Source: Fistulifera solaris
Lineage: Eukaryota
Assembly: GCA_030295235.1 (NCBI GenBank)
Contig: AP026169.1
Coordinates: 372,001-436,000, forward strand
Direction: 5' to 3'
Length of the DNA: 64,000 bases
Made by a program: the position numbers and the translations under genes. Numbering within the stretch: position 1 is the first letter of the stretch; the number at the start of each line of letters is the position of its first letter. Positions 63,051 through 64,000 of the stretch are shown piece after piece. The notes under the pieces are model-generated. The model was not told the DNA's origin. It did no database searches and was given only the letters and a program-made list of their open reading frames with translations.

Positions 63051-63907
63051 ATGAAGAGGTCAATAAACTGTTGCGTCTTGATTGTAGCGAGTCTCTTGGT
63101 ATCGAGCTCTGCTTTTTCGACGCCGCAACGTCCTATCGGCGCGTTTTCCGCACAGCAAACACGTCGTTCGCATCTCTTTGCCAAACAATACACAAAAGAG
63201 CGTCCAAAACTATTCTCTCGTGTCTCGAAATCGTTCCGGCGGAGATGCAAACTGACGGGGGCTTCACTGTTGTTCGCGGCGAGTGTCTTTTGGCTCCACC
63301 CAAACCGGCTCACGCATCGGTAGCACCATCAGTCGTGTTGGAGAGTATCTTGGAAAAGACTTCGCCCTCTTTGGATACCATCATTGATCGTTATGTGAAG
63401 GAACACATGTTCAACGACGATACCTATGATCCCATCGAATCGGCCTACCGCGAAGCGTACGATGATGCGGTCCACGGGACGTATCCCCAAGCGTTGCGCG
63501 AAGTCACCGGAGTCGGCGCCGCATCCATGGAAACGACGACGAGCAATAATCCTGTATCCAACTGGTTATCCAAGATCGATCTAAGTGCCTTAGTGACGTC
63601 CATGTTGACTTTCATTCAAAACAAATTGCAGTTGAATGAAACTTCCGCCATTATGGTATTGGCGGCCATTTTTGTGGTGGGTGGACCGTTCGCCTTTTTG
63701 TTCACGGGTATGGTGATTGGTGGCATGTCCAAACGAAACATGAATCGTTTGATGAAGAAGCGTTACGGAGACTCGTACACGTTAGACGCCACCATGAAAA
63801 CGGAAGAGACGATCGAGGCACCCGACGACGATGACGATGAGGAGGATGGAGACGGCGAGAATGACAGCGCAAACGACGACGACGATGATGATGACGACGA
63901 CGAATAA
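63051..63907 (+). CDS. Hypothetical plastid-targeted membrane protein with acidic tail
   Basis: Signal peptide ending SSSA^F, one TM segment near the C-terminus, poly-D/E tail. One frameshift near 63290-63300. Confidence 0.7.
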
Positions 63908-64000
63908 GAAAATAATTTGCTATGTTTGAAACAAAACAAATGGAACGCTGTGTTATTGGATGATCAAAGAATGAATAATGTATGCATTTACGATGATAAT

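Overview
Gene-dense eukaryotic nuclear DNA, most likely a diatom (inference from short GT-AG introns, ASAF-type bipartite plastid presequences, diatom-style HSF, DUF6824 and ankyrin proteins, and a CoDi-like gag). About 27 host protein genes are supported, including an MCTP-like C2 protein, organellar RF1, PRP43, RPS18, mS33, three HSFs, UROD, RRM-RGG, Smr-UIM, SOUL, TXNDC9, RING, MTHFR, a P5CR-like protein, MIF, PGM3 and three glycan-modifying enzymes, plus an intron-containing tRNA-Arg(TCG). Four mobile elements are present. (1) A Crypton-type tyrosine-recombinase transposon at ~15.9-20.1 kb, ends unresolved. (2) A 598-bp hAT-like non-autonomous element (13-bp TIR, 8-bp TSD) inside the P5CR-like coding exon; its ends form in-frame splice sites, making it an introner candidate. 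(3) A Ty3/gypsy element at 39606-46449 (TSD AACGC). (4) Nested antisense in (3), a 1.8-kb gag-only copia-like LTR element (44371-46201) whose PBS matches a tRNA-Asn anticodon arm. Single-base frameshifts occur even in essential genes, so most are probably consensus errors and intactness cannot be judged here. All family assignments come from motif recognition, not database searches.
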